A DNA stretch of 64,000 nt, from positions 62,001 to 126,000 of the forward strand of contig JAWLHB010000005.1 in the NCBI GenBank assembly GCA_041690595.1, written 5' to 3'. Every line of letters starts with the position of its first letter. The stretch's first letter is position 1. The position numbers were made by a program, and so were the translations under genes. Source of the DNA: Lentisphaeria bacterium. GTDB taxonomy: Bacteria; Verrucomicrobiota; Lentisphaeria; JABSQK01; JAWLHB01. The notes beneath the pieces are model-generated. The model saw only the letters and a list, made by a program, of their open reading frames with translations, was not told the origin of the DNA and did no database searches. Of this stretch, positions 1-9,384 are shown piece after piece.

Positions 1-1
1 G

Positions 2-736
2 CAGGGCGGCGGTCTCGCCCTCCGGCAGGTCCGGGCCGGTGTAGGCGATCACCTGGAGGCGGCTGTCGCCGTCGGGCTTCTTGACCCGCACCTTCCAGGG
101 CTCGCCCGTGCTCGAGTCGATCATGCAGGCGTAGCCGTCCCGGATCGTTTCGCCGCTGGCGTTCTCGATCAGCAGCCGGGGCGCGTCGTTGACCGGAAAA
201 TGCACGACCGCCCACTTCTCGCCCGTTCCCGCCTGCTTCCAGAGGATGCGGCAGGAACCGGTCCAGCCGCTGCGCTGTTTGGCGGTCAGGGTCGGGTTGG
301 GATCAGCGTAGTCGTGTGCCTCGACCGTGACGTCGAGCTTCACCGGCGTCACGCCGAAGAGCATGGCGTGGCCGACCTTGCCGTCCTTCAGCGGCTCCTG
401 GAGCACCACGTAGCGGCACTCGTGGCGATTGGCGACGGCGATGTCGGCAAAGAGCTTCACGTCGAAGACGGGCGCGCGGGTGCGGAAGCGTTGCTCGCTG
501 GCGGGATCGTCCGGGCGGATGGCCAGGTCGTCGATCCACAGCGTCGAGAACTGGTTCTGGTCGGCCCCGGACTGGTTGCGCACCAGGACGATGCCCTGCC
601 GGTAGGTGCTCAGCATAGACCGCGCGCCGAAGCTGTTCTGGCGCTGGCGATGGTCCATGGCGGCATCGACGAAGGCATTCCAGTCATCGGCCCGGGGCCG
701 GAAGCTCTGTCCGCTGGCGACTTTCTTGAGGGTCAT
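2..736 (-). CDS. Phage tail-region protein, partial (runs off left edge)
   Basis: ATG at 736 with AGGAGG upstream; frame MTLKKVASGQSFRPRADDWNAFVDAA... stays open to the window edge; follows tape measure and 750-1559. Confidence 0.7.
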   Translation of the reverse strand, partial: MTLKKVASGQSFRPRADDWNAFVDAAMDHRQRQNSFGARSMLSTYRQGIVLVRNQSGADQNQFSTLWIDDLAIRPDDPASEQRFRTRAPVFDVKLFADIAVANRHECRYVVLQEPLKDGKVGHAMLFGVTPVKLDVTVEAHDYADPNPTLTAKQRSGWTGSCRILWKQAGTGEKWAVVHFPVNDAPRLLIENASGETIRDGYACMIDSSTGEPWKVRVKKPDGDSRLQVIAYTGPDLPEGETAAL

Positions 737-749
737 GGCCGCATCCTCC

Positions 750-1559
750 TTATATCCCCAGGCTGCCGAAGTTGGTGCCGTAGTAGACCTTCTCGATGTA
801 GACGGCCACCGGCTTCTTCACGACCTGCTTGACGGTGTCGTCCACCTCGTCGGCATAGCGGACCCACATGTAGTCCCAGCCCAGTTTGGTGGCGACGGAG
901 ATGCCGCCGACGGTGAAGCTCGAACGGTTCGGCGAGACGGCGAAGCGGTAGGTGATCTCCCAGAGGTCGTCGCGACCGTCCCCGCGGCGGACGCCGCTCG
1001 CGCCGAGGAACAGGACCTCGCCGGGATCGAAGCCCCGGAACGCGTCGTTGTTGTACATGCCGGTCTTGCGGGCCAGGCGGGCGCGGAAGGTCTCGGTCAC
1101 CGTCGTGCGCGGCAGGAAGTGGGTCTCGGTGAAGTTGTAGACCGGCTGGATGATATCGACGCCCACCACGTTGTCGCCGTCGTAGCCGACGGCCCCCTCG
1201 TAGTCCGGAGCGCTGGCCGGGTAGCGGTTGCGGGTCGAGATCGACTGGGTGATGTGCTGGGTGCCGCCGCCGGTGTCGAAGGTGTAGACCGTCTCGGGAT
1301 CGTCGCCATCCTCGGTGGTGTTGTGCTGCTGGTAGCGGACGATGACCTTGAAGGTGTCCTCGTTGATCCGCTCCTCGACCTCGACGGCGTCCCGGCGCAG
1401 GCCGCTGAACCACTCGCTGCTGGTGCCGTGAACGGCCAGGATCGCATCGTCCTCGTCCAGCGCGTCGAAGACGAAATACGGCACGTCGGCGGTGACGTAG
1501 TTGCCGTAGTTGTTCATCGACTGCGTGCGGTCGAAGAATGCCTGTTCCACTCGGGCCAT
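750..1559 (-). CDS. Phage tail protein (distal-tail/baseplate position)
   Basis: 269-aa beta-rich ORF directly after the tape measure gene. Confidence 0.6.
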   Translation of the reverse strand: MARVEQAFFDRTQSMNNYGNYVTADVPYFVFDALDEDDAILAVHGTSSEWFSGLRRDAVEVEERINEDTFKVIVRYQQHNTTEDGDDPETVYTFDTGGGTQHITQSISTRNRYPASAPDYEGAVGYDGDNVVGVDIIQPVYNFTETHFLPRTTVTETFRARLARKTGMYNNDAFRGFDPGEVLFLGASGVRRGDGRDDLWEITYRFAVSPNRSSFTVGGISVATKLGWDYMWVRYADEVDDTVKQVVKKPVAVYIEKVYYGTNFGSLGI

Positions 1560-1573
1560 CGTTCACATTTCTC

Positions 1574-4081
1574 CTACAGGAAGGCCAGGCCGGAGTCGTT
1601 CTGCTCGTCCAGCTTCTGGTTGGTTCGTTTCTGCTGCCGGACCATCTCGGCGGTGTTGGCCGCGACGGTGTCCGAGGCACCGGCGGCGGCCAGGGCCCGC
1701 AGGTCCGACAGGTTGAATGCGCCCTGTACCTCGATCCTGCCGCCCGCCCCGGCAACGGCGGGCGCGGCGGCCCGGACGCGGTCGATCAGGGCTTCGATGC
1801 GGCTGGCGTCGGGCTTGCCGGATTCCCCGTCGCGAGCCTCGCCCCGCTTGCGAGAGGCCTCGGCAATGGCCGCTTTCCACTCGCCTCTGGCGTCGGCCAG
1901 CGCCTGTGCGGAGGCCTTCAGATCGGCGGCGGCCTTTTCGTCGAGCGCGGAACGCTCGGCTTCGGCGGCCGCATCCGTGTCATGTCGCGCCTGCTCCATC
2001 TCGGCCAGGCGACCCTGGTTGCCGATGGCCTCCTGGCGCTCCAGTTCGGCCACGCGTTCGCCCTGGCGGTCGACCAGCGCGGAGTCCTCGGCTTGGTGCC
2101 GGTCCCGCATGGCACGGCGGTCCGCTTCGAGCTGATCCTGCATCGCCGCCATCTCGGCATCGAGCTGGCCCTGTTCCCCGGCGTAGTCGTCGCGCAGCAT
2201 CTGCTTGGCGGCATCAGTGTCGAGGCCCTCGTCGAAGTAGCCCATCACGTCGATGGCGATCTCGCCGATCCACTGCTGGGCGCTCTTGATGCCGGACTGC
2301 ACCCGGTTCCAGGCCTTGAAGATCAGGCTGACCAGCTCCATCCACATCTGGCCCATGGCCTGGGTGACCTTGAGCCAGCCGAACTCGATCAGGTGAAATC
2401 CCTCGAGCAGCGGCTCGGCGATGCCGGTCTTGATGGCGATTTCCTTGAGCGCGAACCACAGCGTCTGCCAGGTCTTGAGCAGCGCGGCCTTGGCGCTGAT
2501 CCACACATTCAGGATGCCGTTTTTCAGGTCGAGCCAGATCGCCAGCAGGCTGTTCGCGCCCTTCTGGAAGACCAACTTCAGCGACAGCCAGAGGATGCGG
2601 GCGGCAAGCTGCATATCCCCGGCAGCCAGGGCGTCGCCGATCCCCTTGAACGCGGCCCGGGCGGTCTCGCTCAGCCAGGCGAAGTGCTCCGCGAGCCAGG
2701 CGATGGCTTTCCCGCCGATGCCGGAGGCATAGACGAGGTAGCCGCCGAGCGCGACCACCGCGACGGAGACCAGGCCGATGGGAGTGATGAGTGCGCCGAT
2801 GACGCTGCCGATGACGCCGATGGCCGTGCCCACCGCCGAGGCAATGGAGGCCAGCCCACCGAGCGCAAACGCCAGGACCGCCGCTGAAGAGCCCACCGCC
2901 ACCAGGATCGCGCCGACGGCTCCGACCGCCGCCACGACTTTCAGGGCGGTGAGCACCATGCCCTTGTTGTTCTGGATCAGTTCGCGAACCATCTTGGCGT
3001 AGCGGGTGACCGCCTTGGCCGCCTTGCCGACCGGCTCGGCCAGCGCTTCGCCGATCACCGACAGCACCGAAAGCGCCGCCTGCTTGAGCTGGTTGAAGCT
3101 GTGCGTCAGCGTCTTGGTCATCTTGCCGTAGGCTTCGCCCGTCGCTCCGGCCCGGCCGCCCATGGCCGCCAGGTCGTTGCCGAAGCCCTGCATGTTCTTG
3201 AGCGCCGGAAGCACACCCCGGAGGGCGCGCACGTTGGGGAAGAGCTTGGCGATGGCGTCCGGCGGCAGCTGGCCGATGCGCTTGAACACACCCACCAGCC
3301 CCTCGGATTCGAGGGTCGCCGAGGACATCTCGAAGCCGAGACTGCGGGCGTACTCGGCCGCCTCGGAGGTGGGCTTGAGAAAGCTGGAGACGATGGCGTT
3401 GAGCGCGGTGACCGCGTTCTCGGTCTTGACACCGTTGCGGGTCATGGTCGCCAGCGCCGCGCCCATCTCGTCCATGGACACCCCGGCGGTCGAAGCCGTG
3501 GTGGCCACCATGCCGATGCTGGGCGCGAGTTCGGCGAAGGTGGTTTTGCCGCGCTTGACGATGGTGAACAGCCAGTCCGAAACGTCGGAGGCCCGCTCCG
3601 CGCCCAGACCGTAGGCATTGAGGATGGTGGTGATCGCGTCGGCCGCGACGCCGGTATCGGTCAGCCCGGCCTTGGCCGCGCGGGCGGAGGTTGCGAGCAC
3701 ATCCAGCGCCTGCTCGGCGGGCACCGAGGCGGACAGGATATCGTAGAGTCCCCTGGCCAATGTCTCGGTGCTCTCGCCGAACTCGACCGACATGTCGCGG
3801 ATGCTGTCGCGGAAGCCGGGCATGTGCTTCTCGGGTTCCGAGAGCATGGTCGAGACGTTCGCCATCTGCTGCTCGAAGTCCGCATACACTTTCACCCCGC
3901 CGACGAACGGCATGGCCATCATGCCGCTCATCAGCATCATGCGCTTGCCCACGGCGGTGACCGAGGAGGAGAACCCCTTCAACCGCCGCTGGGCTGCCTT
4001 CAGACCGCGCACCAGCGCGGAGTTGTTGACGGACAACTCCACGTAGGCGGCTCCGGCTCGAATGTCGGCACTGGACGGCAT
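1574..4081 (-). CDS. Tail tape measure protein (TP901 family-like)
   Basis: 835 aa, Ala-rich helical; N-terminal FEQQMANV...LYDILSA core; hydrophobic middle; follows chaperone genes. Confidence 0.92.
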   Translation of the reverse strand: MPSSADIRAGAAYVELSVNNSALVRGLKAAQRRLKGFSSSVTAVGKRMMLMSGMMAMPFVGGVKVYADFEQQMANVSTMLSEPEKHMPGFRDSIRDMSVEFGESTETLARGLYDILSASVPAEQALDVLATSARAAKAGLTDTGVAADAITTILNAYGLGAERASDVSDWLFTIVKRGKTTFAELAPSIGMVATTASTAGVSMDEMGAALATMTRNGVKTENAVTALNAIVSSFLKPTSEAAEYARSLGFEMSSATLESEGLVGVFKRIGQLPPDAIAKLFPNVRALRGVLPALKNMQGFGNDLAAMGGRAGATGEAYGKMTKTLTHSFNQLKQAALSVLSVIGEALAEPVGKAAKAVTRYAKMVRELIQNNKGMVLTALKVVAAVGAVGAILVAVGSSAAVLAFALGGLASIASAVGTAIGVIGSVIGALITPIGLVSVAVVALGGYLVYASGIGGKAIAWLAEHFAWLSETARAAFKGIGDALAAGDMQLAARILWLSLKLVFQKGANSLLAIWLDLKNGILNVWISAKAALLKTWQTLWFALKEIAIKTGIAEPLLEGFHLIEFGWLKVTQAMGQMWMELVSLIFKAWNRVQSGIKSAQQWIGEIAIDVMGYFDEGLDTDAAKQMLRDDYAGEQGQLDAEMAAMQDQLEADRRAMRDRHQAEDSALVDRQGERVAELERQEAIGNQGRLAEMEQARHDTDAAAEAERSALDEKAAADLKASAQALADARGEWKAAIAEASRKRGEARDGESGKPDASRIEALIDRVRAAAPAVAGAGGRIEVQGAFNLSDLRALAAAGASDTVAANTAEMVRQQKRTNQKLDEQNDSGLAFL

Positions 4082-4084
4082 CGG

Positions 4085-4380
4085 TTATGTGGTTCCTCTG
4101 TTTGGTTCGCGGTTGACGAAGATGTCCCGGAGGATGCGCAGGCCCTTGCCCTTGATCACGGTCTTCGGCTTCTGCTCGTGCGGGTTGAAGTCCTCCGGCT
4201 TGAAACGGCGGTTCTTGCGCGGATCGCGGTTGACGTTGGCGATCAGCGCCAGGACCGCCGCCGTATGCCGCCACGCATCGCGGCTGCGGGACTCGGACAT
4301 CCAGAGCAGCTCGCGCAGCGTGTGCGGCCCCGGGTCTACTCCGACGACGGCGGCAAGCTCGAAGAGAGATCGGTAGGCGA
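4085..4380 (-). CDS. Tail assembly chaperone GT-like C-terminal part (-1 frame of upstream gene; 5' limit uncertain)
   Basis: VDPGPHTLRELLWM...LIANVNRDPRK in the -1 frame between chaperone G and tape measure. Confidence 0.6.
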
Positions 4381-4803
4381 GTTCAGCGCGGCCTCGATCC
4401 GGCGGTCCAGTTCGGGGTCCTCCAGTCTCGCCTGGGCGTACTCCACCGCCCTCGCTTCCACCGCCTGGAGTTTCGCAAGCGCCTTGTGGAGCACCCGGCG
4501 CTTGCCCTGGGGGAAAAAATCGACCAGTTCCTCCAGTAGCGCGGTGGTGGCGTGCTCGATGGCATCGCCCGCCATGGCCCGCCCGAAATCCTCGTCGCTC
4601 ACGTTCTGCGCATCGGCCTCCGGCTTGCACACCACGTAGATCACGTCGCAGAGCAGCACGGGGTCGGAGGACAGCCGCTCGAGCAGATCGCCCTCGACCG
4701 CCTCCATCAGGTTCACATCCAGCGCGGTGCGGGCGCGCTTGATCGCGGCCACGTTGACCGCCACGGTCCAGGTGCGGCCCGCGTTGTCGTTGAAGGTCTT
4801 CAT
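4336..4803 (-). CDS. Tail assembly chaperone (gpG-like)
   Basis: 155 aa between tail tube and tape measure; slippery T TTT TTC at 4513-4519. Confidence 0.7.
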   Translation of the reverse strand: MKTFNDNAGRTWTVAVNVAAIKRARTALDVNLMEAVEGDLLERLSSDPVLLCDVIYVVCKPEADAQNVSDEDFGRAMAGDAIEHATTALLEELVDFFPQGKRRVLHKALAKLQAVEARAVEYAQARLEDPELDRRIEAALNSPTDLSSSLPPSSE

Positions 4804-4885
4804 TGGTAAGCACTCCTTCCGTTGGTTCGGGAATTAGGCGGCGGGACGGGCGGCCGGATAGACAGCCCGCCCCGCCAGGTACGGG

Positions 4886-5311
4886 TTACGGGGTCGGTTC
4901 CACCCACGCAGGGGCGCGGGTCGAGTAGGTCGGCTTGGCCGTGACCGACACGGTGATCGCCTCCTCCAGCGCCTCCTTGCGGCTGAAGCTGGTGATCGAG
5001 AAGTCGGCGTCCAGGCCCTCGCCGCCCGCTTCGTCGAGGATCGCCAGGGCAATCGGCTCGTTGTTGAAGTAGGCGTCCTTGATGGCGGTGAAGCCCGCGT
5101 CGTCCGAGTCCCAGATCATCTCGAACTCGACCGAGCCGGTCTTCAGCGTGCCGACGGTGGCCCGCCATCCGGCGTTGGCGCGCGTGGTCACGTCGGCCTC
5201 GCCGGACTCCAGGTTGAGGGTGACGTCCTTGACGTTGGTCAGCTCCGAGGTGGCGGTCGCGCCCGCCACGCCGTAGTAGAGCTTTGCTTCCATTCCGAGT
5301 TTGATCGACAT
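4886..5311 (-). CDS. Phage tail tube (major tail) protein
   Basis: 141 aa; ELTNVKDVTLNLESGEADVTTR...GW...TLKTGSVEFEM pattern; position. Confidence 0.8.
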   Translation of the reverse strand: MSIKLGMEAKLYYGVAGATATSELTNVKDVTLNLESGEADVTTRANAGWRATVGTLKTGSVEFEMIWDSDDAGFTAIKDAYFNNEPIALAILDEAGGEGLDADFSITSFSRKEALEEAITVSVTAKPTYSTRAPAWVEPTP

Positions 5312-5376
5312 TGTTCAGGTCTCCTGTTGCTGGGGTGTTGGTGGCCGGGCACCTGCCCGTCCGGTTGAATCGGTTC

Positions 5377-5772
5377 CTATGCCTTCACGGAGTCGGCCCA
5401 CAGGCGTGGGAGCCTGCTCCTGATCTTCTCGAGCGCCGGGCCCATGAGCGGCCGCTTGGGATACACCTGCCGCTTGTAGCGGCCGCCGAACTCGTGCGCT
5501 CTTGCCGACCGGCCCACGACCGTGTAGGTCGGGCCGATGAGCACGCGCTCGCGTTCCTTCTCCACCGCGTAGCGCAGGGCCCGCTTGAGCTGCCCGCGAC
5601 GGGTGTGCGGCGGCCGCCCCGGCCGCGAGGGCTTCCCGGATCGCCGGATGCTCCGCCTGGCGGTCAGGCGCAGCGCCGCTCCGGCGTGACCCAGGGAGCG
5701 GATCGAGCCCTCGGCGACACGCCGCCGGACTTTTCTCCGCTCGAATCGGCTGGTTGACTTCATGCGGATCAT
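5377..5772 (-). CDS. Tail completion/neck protein (HK97 gp10-like)
   Basis: Basic 131 aa; PPHTRRGQLKR...HEFGG...PKRPLMGPAL. Confidence 0.65.
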   Translation of the reverse strand: MIRMKSTSRFERRKVRRRVAEGSIRSLGHAGAALRLTARRSIRRSGKPSRPGRPPHTRRGQLKRALRYAVEKERERVLIGPTYTVVGRSARAHEFGGRYKRQVYPKRPLMGPALEKIRSRLPRLWADSVKA

Positions 5773-5774
5773 GA

Positions 5775-7418
5775 TCAGCCTCCGATGGCCGTGCCGAAGT
5801 GGAGGGCCAGCGCAGAGGCGATCCGGTCGATGGCCGCCCCGTATGTCGTCGGGGCACCTCCGGCCCAGGCACTGCCGCCCTCGTAATCGGTGCCGTCGGC
5901 GTAGGGAGCCAGGGCAAGCGGACTGCCCGCGCCGCCAACCAGGCCGGTACCGGCCACGGCGGCCGCGAGCTGGGCCGCGCCCACACCCTCATCGGCAACG
6001 CGAATGGGCCCCGCGCCGGTGCCCAGCGTGACGGTGGGCGTGCCGGTGCCGTGCCGGGCGGCCGCGAAGGTCGCCGCATCCGCCGGAGAGTCGCCAGCGT
6101 CGGTCGCGGCGGTGAAGTGGGCTTCCGCCTCGGCCACGCCCATGGTGGCGGGCTGCATCCACTCATCGAAGGTCAGGCCGACCGGGGAGGTGGATTCCGG
6201 GACGGTCGTGGACGCCGTGCCCATGTCCATATCGCCTTGCCAGACTTTCCAGGTCGTGCCGTCGTGGCAGATGGTGGTGAGGTCGGTTCCGGCGGCATCC
6301 CCGTAAATCCAGGTGCCGTTGTAGTGAACGCCGACCCGCTTCCAGGTCAGGTTGGCGGTCAGGCCCGAGGCATCCGGCAGATAGAACCGGTCGGGGAAGA
6401 AGGCATTGTCCGCACGCAGCATGGTCGGCACCGTGGAGACGCTGGTCGGCGGCGTGACGCCCATGCCTTCCGTGGCGTCTTCCCACGCGCCGGTGAGTCC
6501 GGGCAGGCCGATAGTCACAGCCCGGAACATGATCCCGCCGAACATATCGTCCTCGAACACCCAGCGGTCGGTGCCGCTGTCGAACCGGATGCGGTGACCG
6601 GCGAACGTCCCGGCCTTCGAGTACACCGCGTCGGCCTGCAGGTGCGTGCCCGTGTGCAGCAGGTGAATGCCGTTGACCTGATTCGGGCCGATCTGGAAGT
6701 TGTCGCCACCCTCGATCTGGATGCAGTCCATGTCGCCGATGAGCGCGGGAACCCGGTCCGTCATCCACCACTGCTTGAGGGCCGTGCTGATGTCGAAATG
6801 GACCAGGTTCAGGCTGACGCCGTCCGGCGACCAGACGGATTTGCCGCCGAAGTCTTCGCCGGTGTCCTGGTACTCCGCGTTCGCTTCAGCCGGAGACACC
6901 GCACCGGCCAGAGTGACCAGCGTGTCGCCGCTGCCGATATCCAGCGTGGCGTTGTCCAGGCGTGCGGACCAGACCCCGGCATTGTCCTCGAGGCCGTCTC
7001 CGGCGACGGGAGTACCCTGGGCGGCGATCTCGTCGACCGCTTCCTGGACCGTCGTGCCGGTCAGACCGGACGCGGCGTTGTCGTACGGCACCTCGTCGGC
7101 CTTTTGGAGATTGAGGCTGTCGAGGAACGCCCACGCGGCGGGATCGCCCTCGACGCGATAGAGGCCGTTGCCGTTCGGAGCGCCAGTGTCCTGGCGGACG
7201 ATGTAGAGGGAGTTCGCGGGCAGCGTGGACGGGGCGGGCAGCTCGGCATAAGTGTCGACCGCGCCGCTGATGCCGTAGCCTGCCGCTGCGACTTCGGAGC
7301 TGAGGGCAAGGGACCGGCCCTGCGGGTCGGTGACCCGGTCGCTTTCGGCCCATTGGCCCTGGTGGTGGACGACCATTCCATTCTGAAGGTCGCCGATGAG
7401 GATCTTGTGGTCTGCCAT
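5775..7418 (-). CDS. Fibre/decoration-like virion protein
   Basis: 547 aa Gly/Thr/Ala-rich; YDNAASGLTGTTVQEAVDEI fibre-like motif; within the morphogenesis operon. Confidence 0.6.
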   Translation of the reverse strand: MADHKILIGDLQNGMVVHHQGQWAESDRVTDPQGRSLALSSEVAAAGYGISGAVDTYAELPAPSTLPANSLYIVRQDTGAPNGNGLYRVEGDPAAWAFLDSLNLQKADEVPYDNAASGLTGTTVQEAVDEIAAQGTPVAGDGLEDNAGVWSARLDNATLDIGSGDTLVTLAGAVSPAEANAEYQDTGEDFGGKSVWSPDGVSLNLVHFDISTALKQWWMTDRVPALIGDMDCIQIEGGDNFQIGPNQVNGIHLLHTGTHLQADAVYSKAGTFAGHRIRFDSGTDRWVFEDDMFGGIMFRAVTIGLPGLTGAWEDATEGMGVTPPTSVSTVPTMLRADNAFFPDRFYLPDASGLTANLTWKRVGVHYNGTWIYGDAAGTDLTTICHDGTTWKVWQGDMDMGTASTTVPESTSPVGLTFDEWMQPATMGVAEAEAHFTAATDAGDSPADAATFAAARHGTGTPTVTLGTGAGPIRVADEGVGAAQLAAAVAGTGLVGGAGSPLALAPYADGTDYEGGSAWAGGAPTTYGAAIDRIASALALHFGTAIGG

Positions 7419-7436
7419 GGTTCTGTTCTCCTGTGC

Positions 7437-7697
7437 TTACGGGTTGGGTTCGCTGTAAACGCCGACATGCTTGGCCAGCAATACTGCCAGCTTCGAAACG
7501 GCCTCGCCGAGAGTCTCGGGGGGATCGCTGTTCCACAGCGCTTCCGTCCCCGGCGGGATCGTGAACGCCCCGTCCAGCGAGGCGCGTTCGGCTTCGGTGA
7601 TGACCGCCCCGCTTCCGGCGTTCTGCAGGGCGTCGAGCACGGCCTTGTTGGCGTGCTGGTGCCCGGCAGTGCCGGAGGGAACGGTGAAATAGCCCAT
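7437..7697 (-). CDS. Small virion protein
   Basis: MGYFTVPSG... 86 aa; start overlaps upstream stop; C-terminus resembles that of 5775-7418. Confidence 0.6.
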   Translation of the reverse strand: MGYFTVPSGTAGHQHANKAVLDALQNAGSGAVITEAERASLDGAFTIPPGTEALWNSDPPETLGEAVSKLAVLLAKHVGVYSEPNP

Positions 7698-7951
7698 TAC
7701 CAGGTCCCTCCGATCACGGTGACCTGGTCGCCGGGCGTGCCCTTGATCAGGATGCGCGACAGGTCGACCCGGTAGACGGCGTGGTACTCGCCGGGCATCC
7801 ACGGCACGTCGCTGCCGTCGTCACCCTGGAAGAACACGGTCGCCGCGTTGGTCGGCAACGCGCTGATCTCGAAAGAACCGACCAGCGGCGTGTCGGACAG
7901 GGGGCGGTAGTCGGCCGTGACCTCGATTCGGCGCATGATGGTGCTGTTCAT
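7697..7951 (-). CDS. Hypothetical phage protein
   Basis: MNSTIMRRIEV... 84 aa; overlapping stop/start coupling on both sides. Confidence 0.65.
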   Translation of the reverse strand: MNSTIMRRIEVTADYRPLSDTPLVGSFEISALPTNAATVFFQGDDGSDVPWMPGEYHAVYRVDLSRILIKGTPGDQVTVIGGTW

Positions 7952-8373
7952 CGGATCACCTCGAAGGTCAGGGTCACGACGCTGGTGAACTGCCGGTACT
8001 GGTCGATGTGCTCGGGTGCGTAGACCGGCTCGTTCTCGATCTCCACACACAGCGCCTCCGGGTAGTCCGGCAGTCGCTTGCCGATGCCGAAGCACAGGGT
8101 GATTTCCTCGACCAGCTCGAGGAGCTGCTCGATATCGCCGTCCTCGCCGAGCTTGCGCTGAACGCCGATGTCCACCTGCACCAGGCGCGAACTGGCCTGG
8201 CGGCTGGCGCGCTCGAAACTGACCGCGCGCGGCACGACCGAGACCTTCAGGGTCCGCAGGTTACGCAGGTCGAAGATCGGTCGGAACACGACCTCGGCCT
8301 CGAACTCCTCGGAGAACTCGGTCGCGTTCAGCTTGGCGGCGACGGCATTGGCGATGGCGGTGACGGTGGCCAT
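7948..8373 (-). CDS. Putative tail terminator protein
   Basis: 141 aa acidic; VQVDIGVQRK...FTSVVTLTF; position in neck module. Confidence 0.6.
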   Translation of the reverse strand: MATVTAIANAVAAKLNATEFSEEFEAEVVFRPIFDLRNLRTLKVSVVPRAVSFERASRQASSRLVQVDIGVQRKLGEDGDIEQLLELVEEITLCFGIGKRLPDYPEALCVEIENEPVYAPEHIDQYRQFTSVVTLTFEVIR

Positions 8374-8384
8374 GTTCTGTTACC

Positions 8385-8630
8385 TCATTTCAGTACGCTC
8401 GCGACGATGGAGCCGATGGCCGCCAGCAGGGCCAGCAGCGAAGCTCCCGCAGCCGCGAGGATGGTTTTCTGCACTTCATGCACCTGCACGCAGGGCGGGC
8501 GGTGGTGGATGCTCGGATCGCTCATGTGCAGCTTGAGCATCCCCTTCATCTCCGCGACGTCCTCGCGCATCTCGTTCACCACGATCCACAGGTCGCGGCT
8601 GTCCGGGTTGTTGATGGTGCCGTTCGGCAT
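8385..8630 (-). CDS. Small membrane protein (coiled coil plus C-terminal TM helix)
   Basis: MPNGTINNPDSRDLW... 81 aa ending in hydrophobic ILAAAGASLLALLAAIGSIVASVLK. Confidence 0.55.
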   Translation of the reverse strand: MPNGTINNPDSRDLWIVVNEMREDVAEMKGMLKLHMSDPSIHHRPPCVQVHEVQKTILAAAGASLLALLAAIGSIVASVLK

Positions 8631-8635
8631 CGGGT

Positions 8636-9001
8636 CTATTCCTCGTCGATTTGCTTGGTGTGGATGCGCAGCGTGCTGCGGTTGACGTCCGACCAGCGCC
8701 ACTCGGGCTCGCCCGCGGGCGACATCACCTCGTAGTGCAGGTCGGCCTCGATGATCAGGTCGCCGGGCCGGGGAAGGACCGCCGTGCCGTCGATCACCAG
8801 ATCGGCGGCCCGGACCAGGAAGTCGCGGGACTCGGTGTGCAGCACGCGGCCATACTCGTCGGTGCTCTCGAACCGGGTCCTGCCAATCGTGGCCTGGAGC
8901 CCGATGCGCTTGCCATCGCGCTCGAACCACACGGCGGTGGTCAGATGCTGATGGCGCTGGCGCTCGAGCCATTCGGCGGCCTTCCCCAGGAGGTTGCTCA
9001 T
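8636..9001 (-). CDS. Head-tail joining protein (lambda FII-like position)
   Basis: 121 aa; RDFLVRAADL...PRPGDLI; follows the DUF2190-like gene. Confidence 0.6.
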   Translation of the reverse strand: MSNLLGKAAEWLERQRHQHLTTAVWFERDGKRIGLQATIGRTRFESTDEYGRVLHTESRDFLVRAADLVIDGTAVLPRPGDLIIEADLHYEVMSPAGEPEWRWSDVNRSTLRIHTKQIDEE

Positions 9002-9351
9002 TGATGGAGCCTCACCTGGACGGTTTCGTCGTCGTCCCCGGCGGCGAGAATGCTCTTGCCGAGGTAGGGGTAGGCTGTGGGCGGCGTGCCGCCGTCGTCC
9101 GCGTCGGGCGTGACGACCGCGCCGCTGGCGTTCCAGTGGAGCTTCACGCCCGCGTCGATGGCGGTTCCGGCCCCCGTCGCCTTCGGGATCGTGTAGACGC
9201 CGGTCAGCGCCAGCGCACCGCGTTCTCCGGCCTTGATGTCGAGCTTGGCGATGCCCGCCAGGTCGTTCTGGACCACCACGTCACCGGCGTTCACGTCAGA
9301 AACCGGGATGTAGTCGATGGCGTCGCCGCGTTGTCTGAAAACTGCGTTCAT
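8998..9351 (-). CDS. DUF2190-family capsid cement/decoration protein
   Basis: F.Q.GDAIDY.P..DV.AGDVVV...GIAK.DI.AG..GAL...GV...PK motif directly after the capsid gene. Confidence 0.85.
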   Translation of the reverse strand: MNAVFRQRGDAIDYIPVSDVNAGDVVVQNDLAGIAKLDIKAGERGALALTGVYTIPKATGAGTAIDAGVKLHWNASGAVVTPDADDGGTPPTAYPYLGKSILAAGDDDETVQVRLHQ

Positions 9352-9384
9352 GTCTCGTATCTCCTGTGGGTTGCGTGGGTTGGG

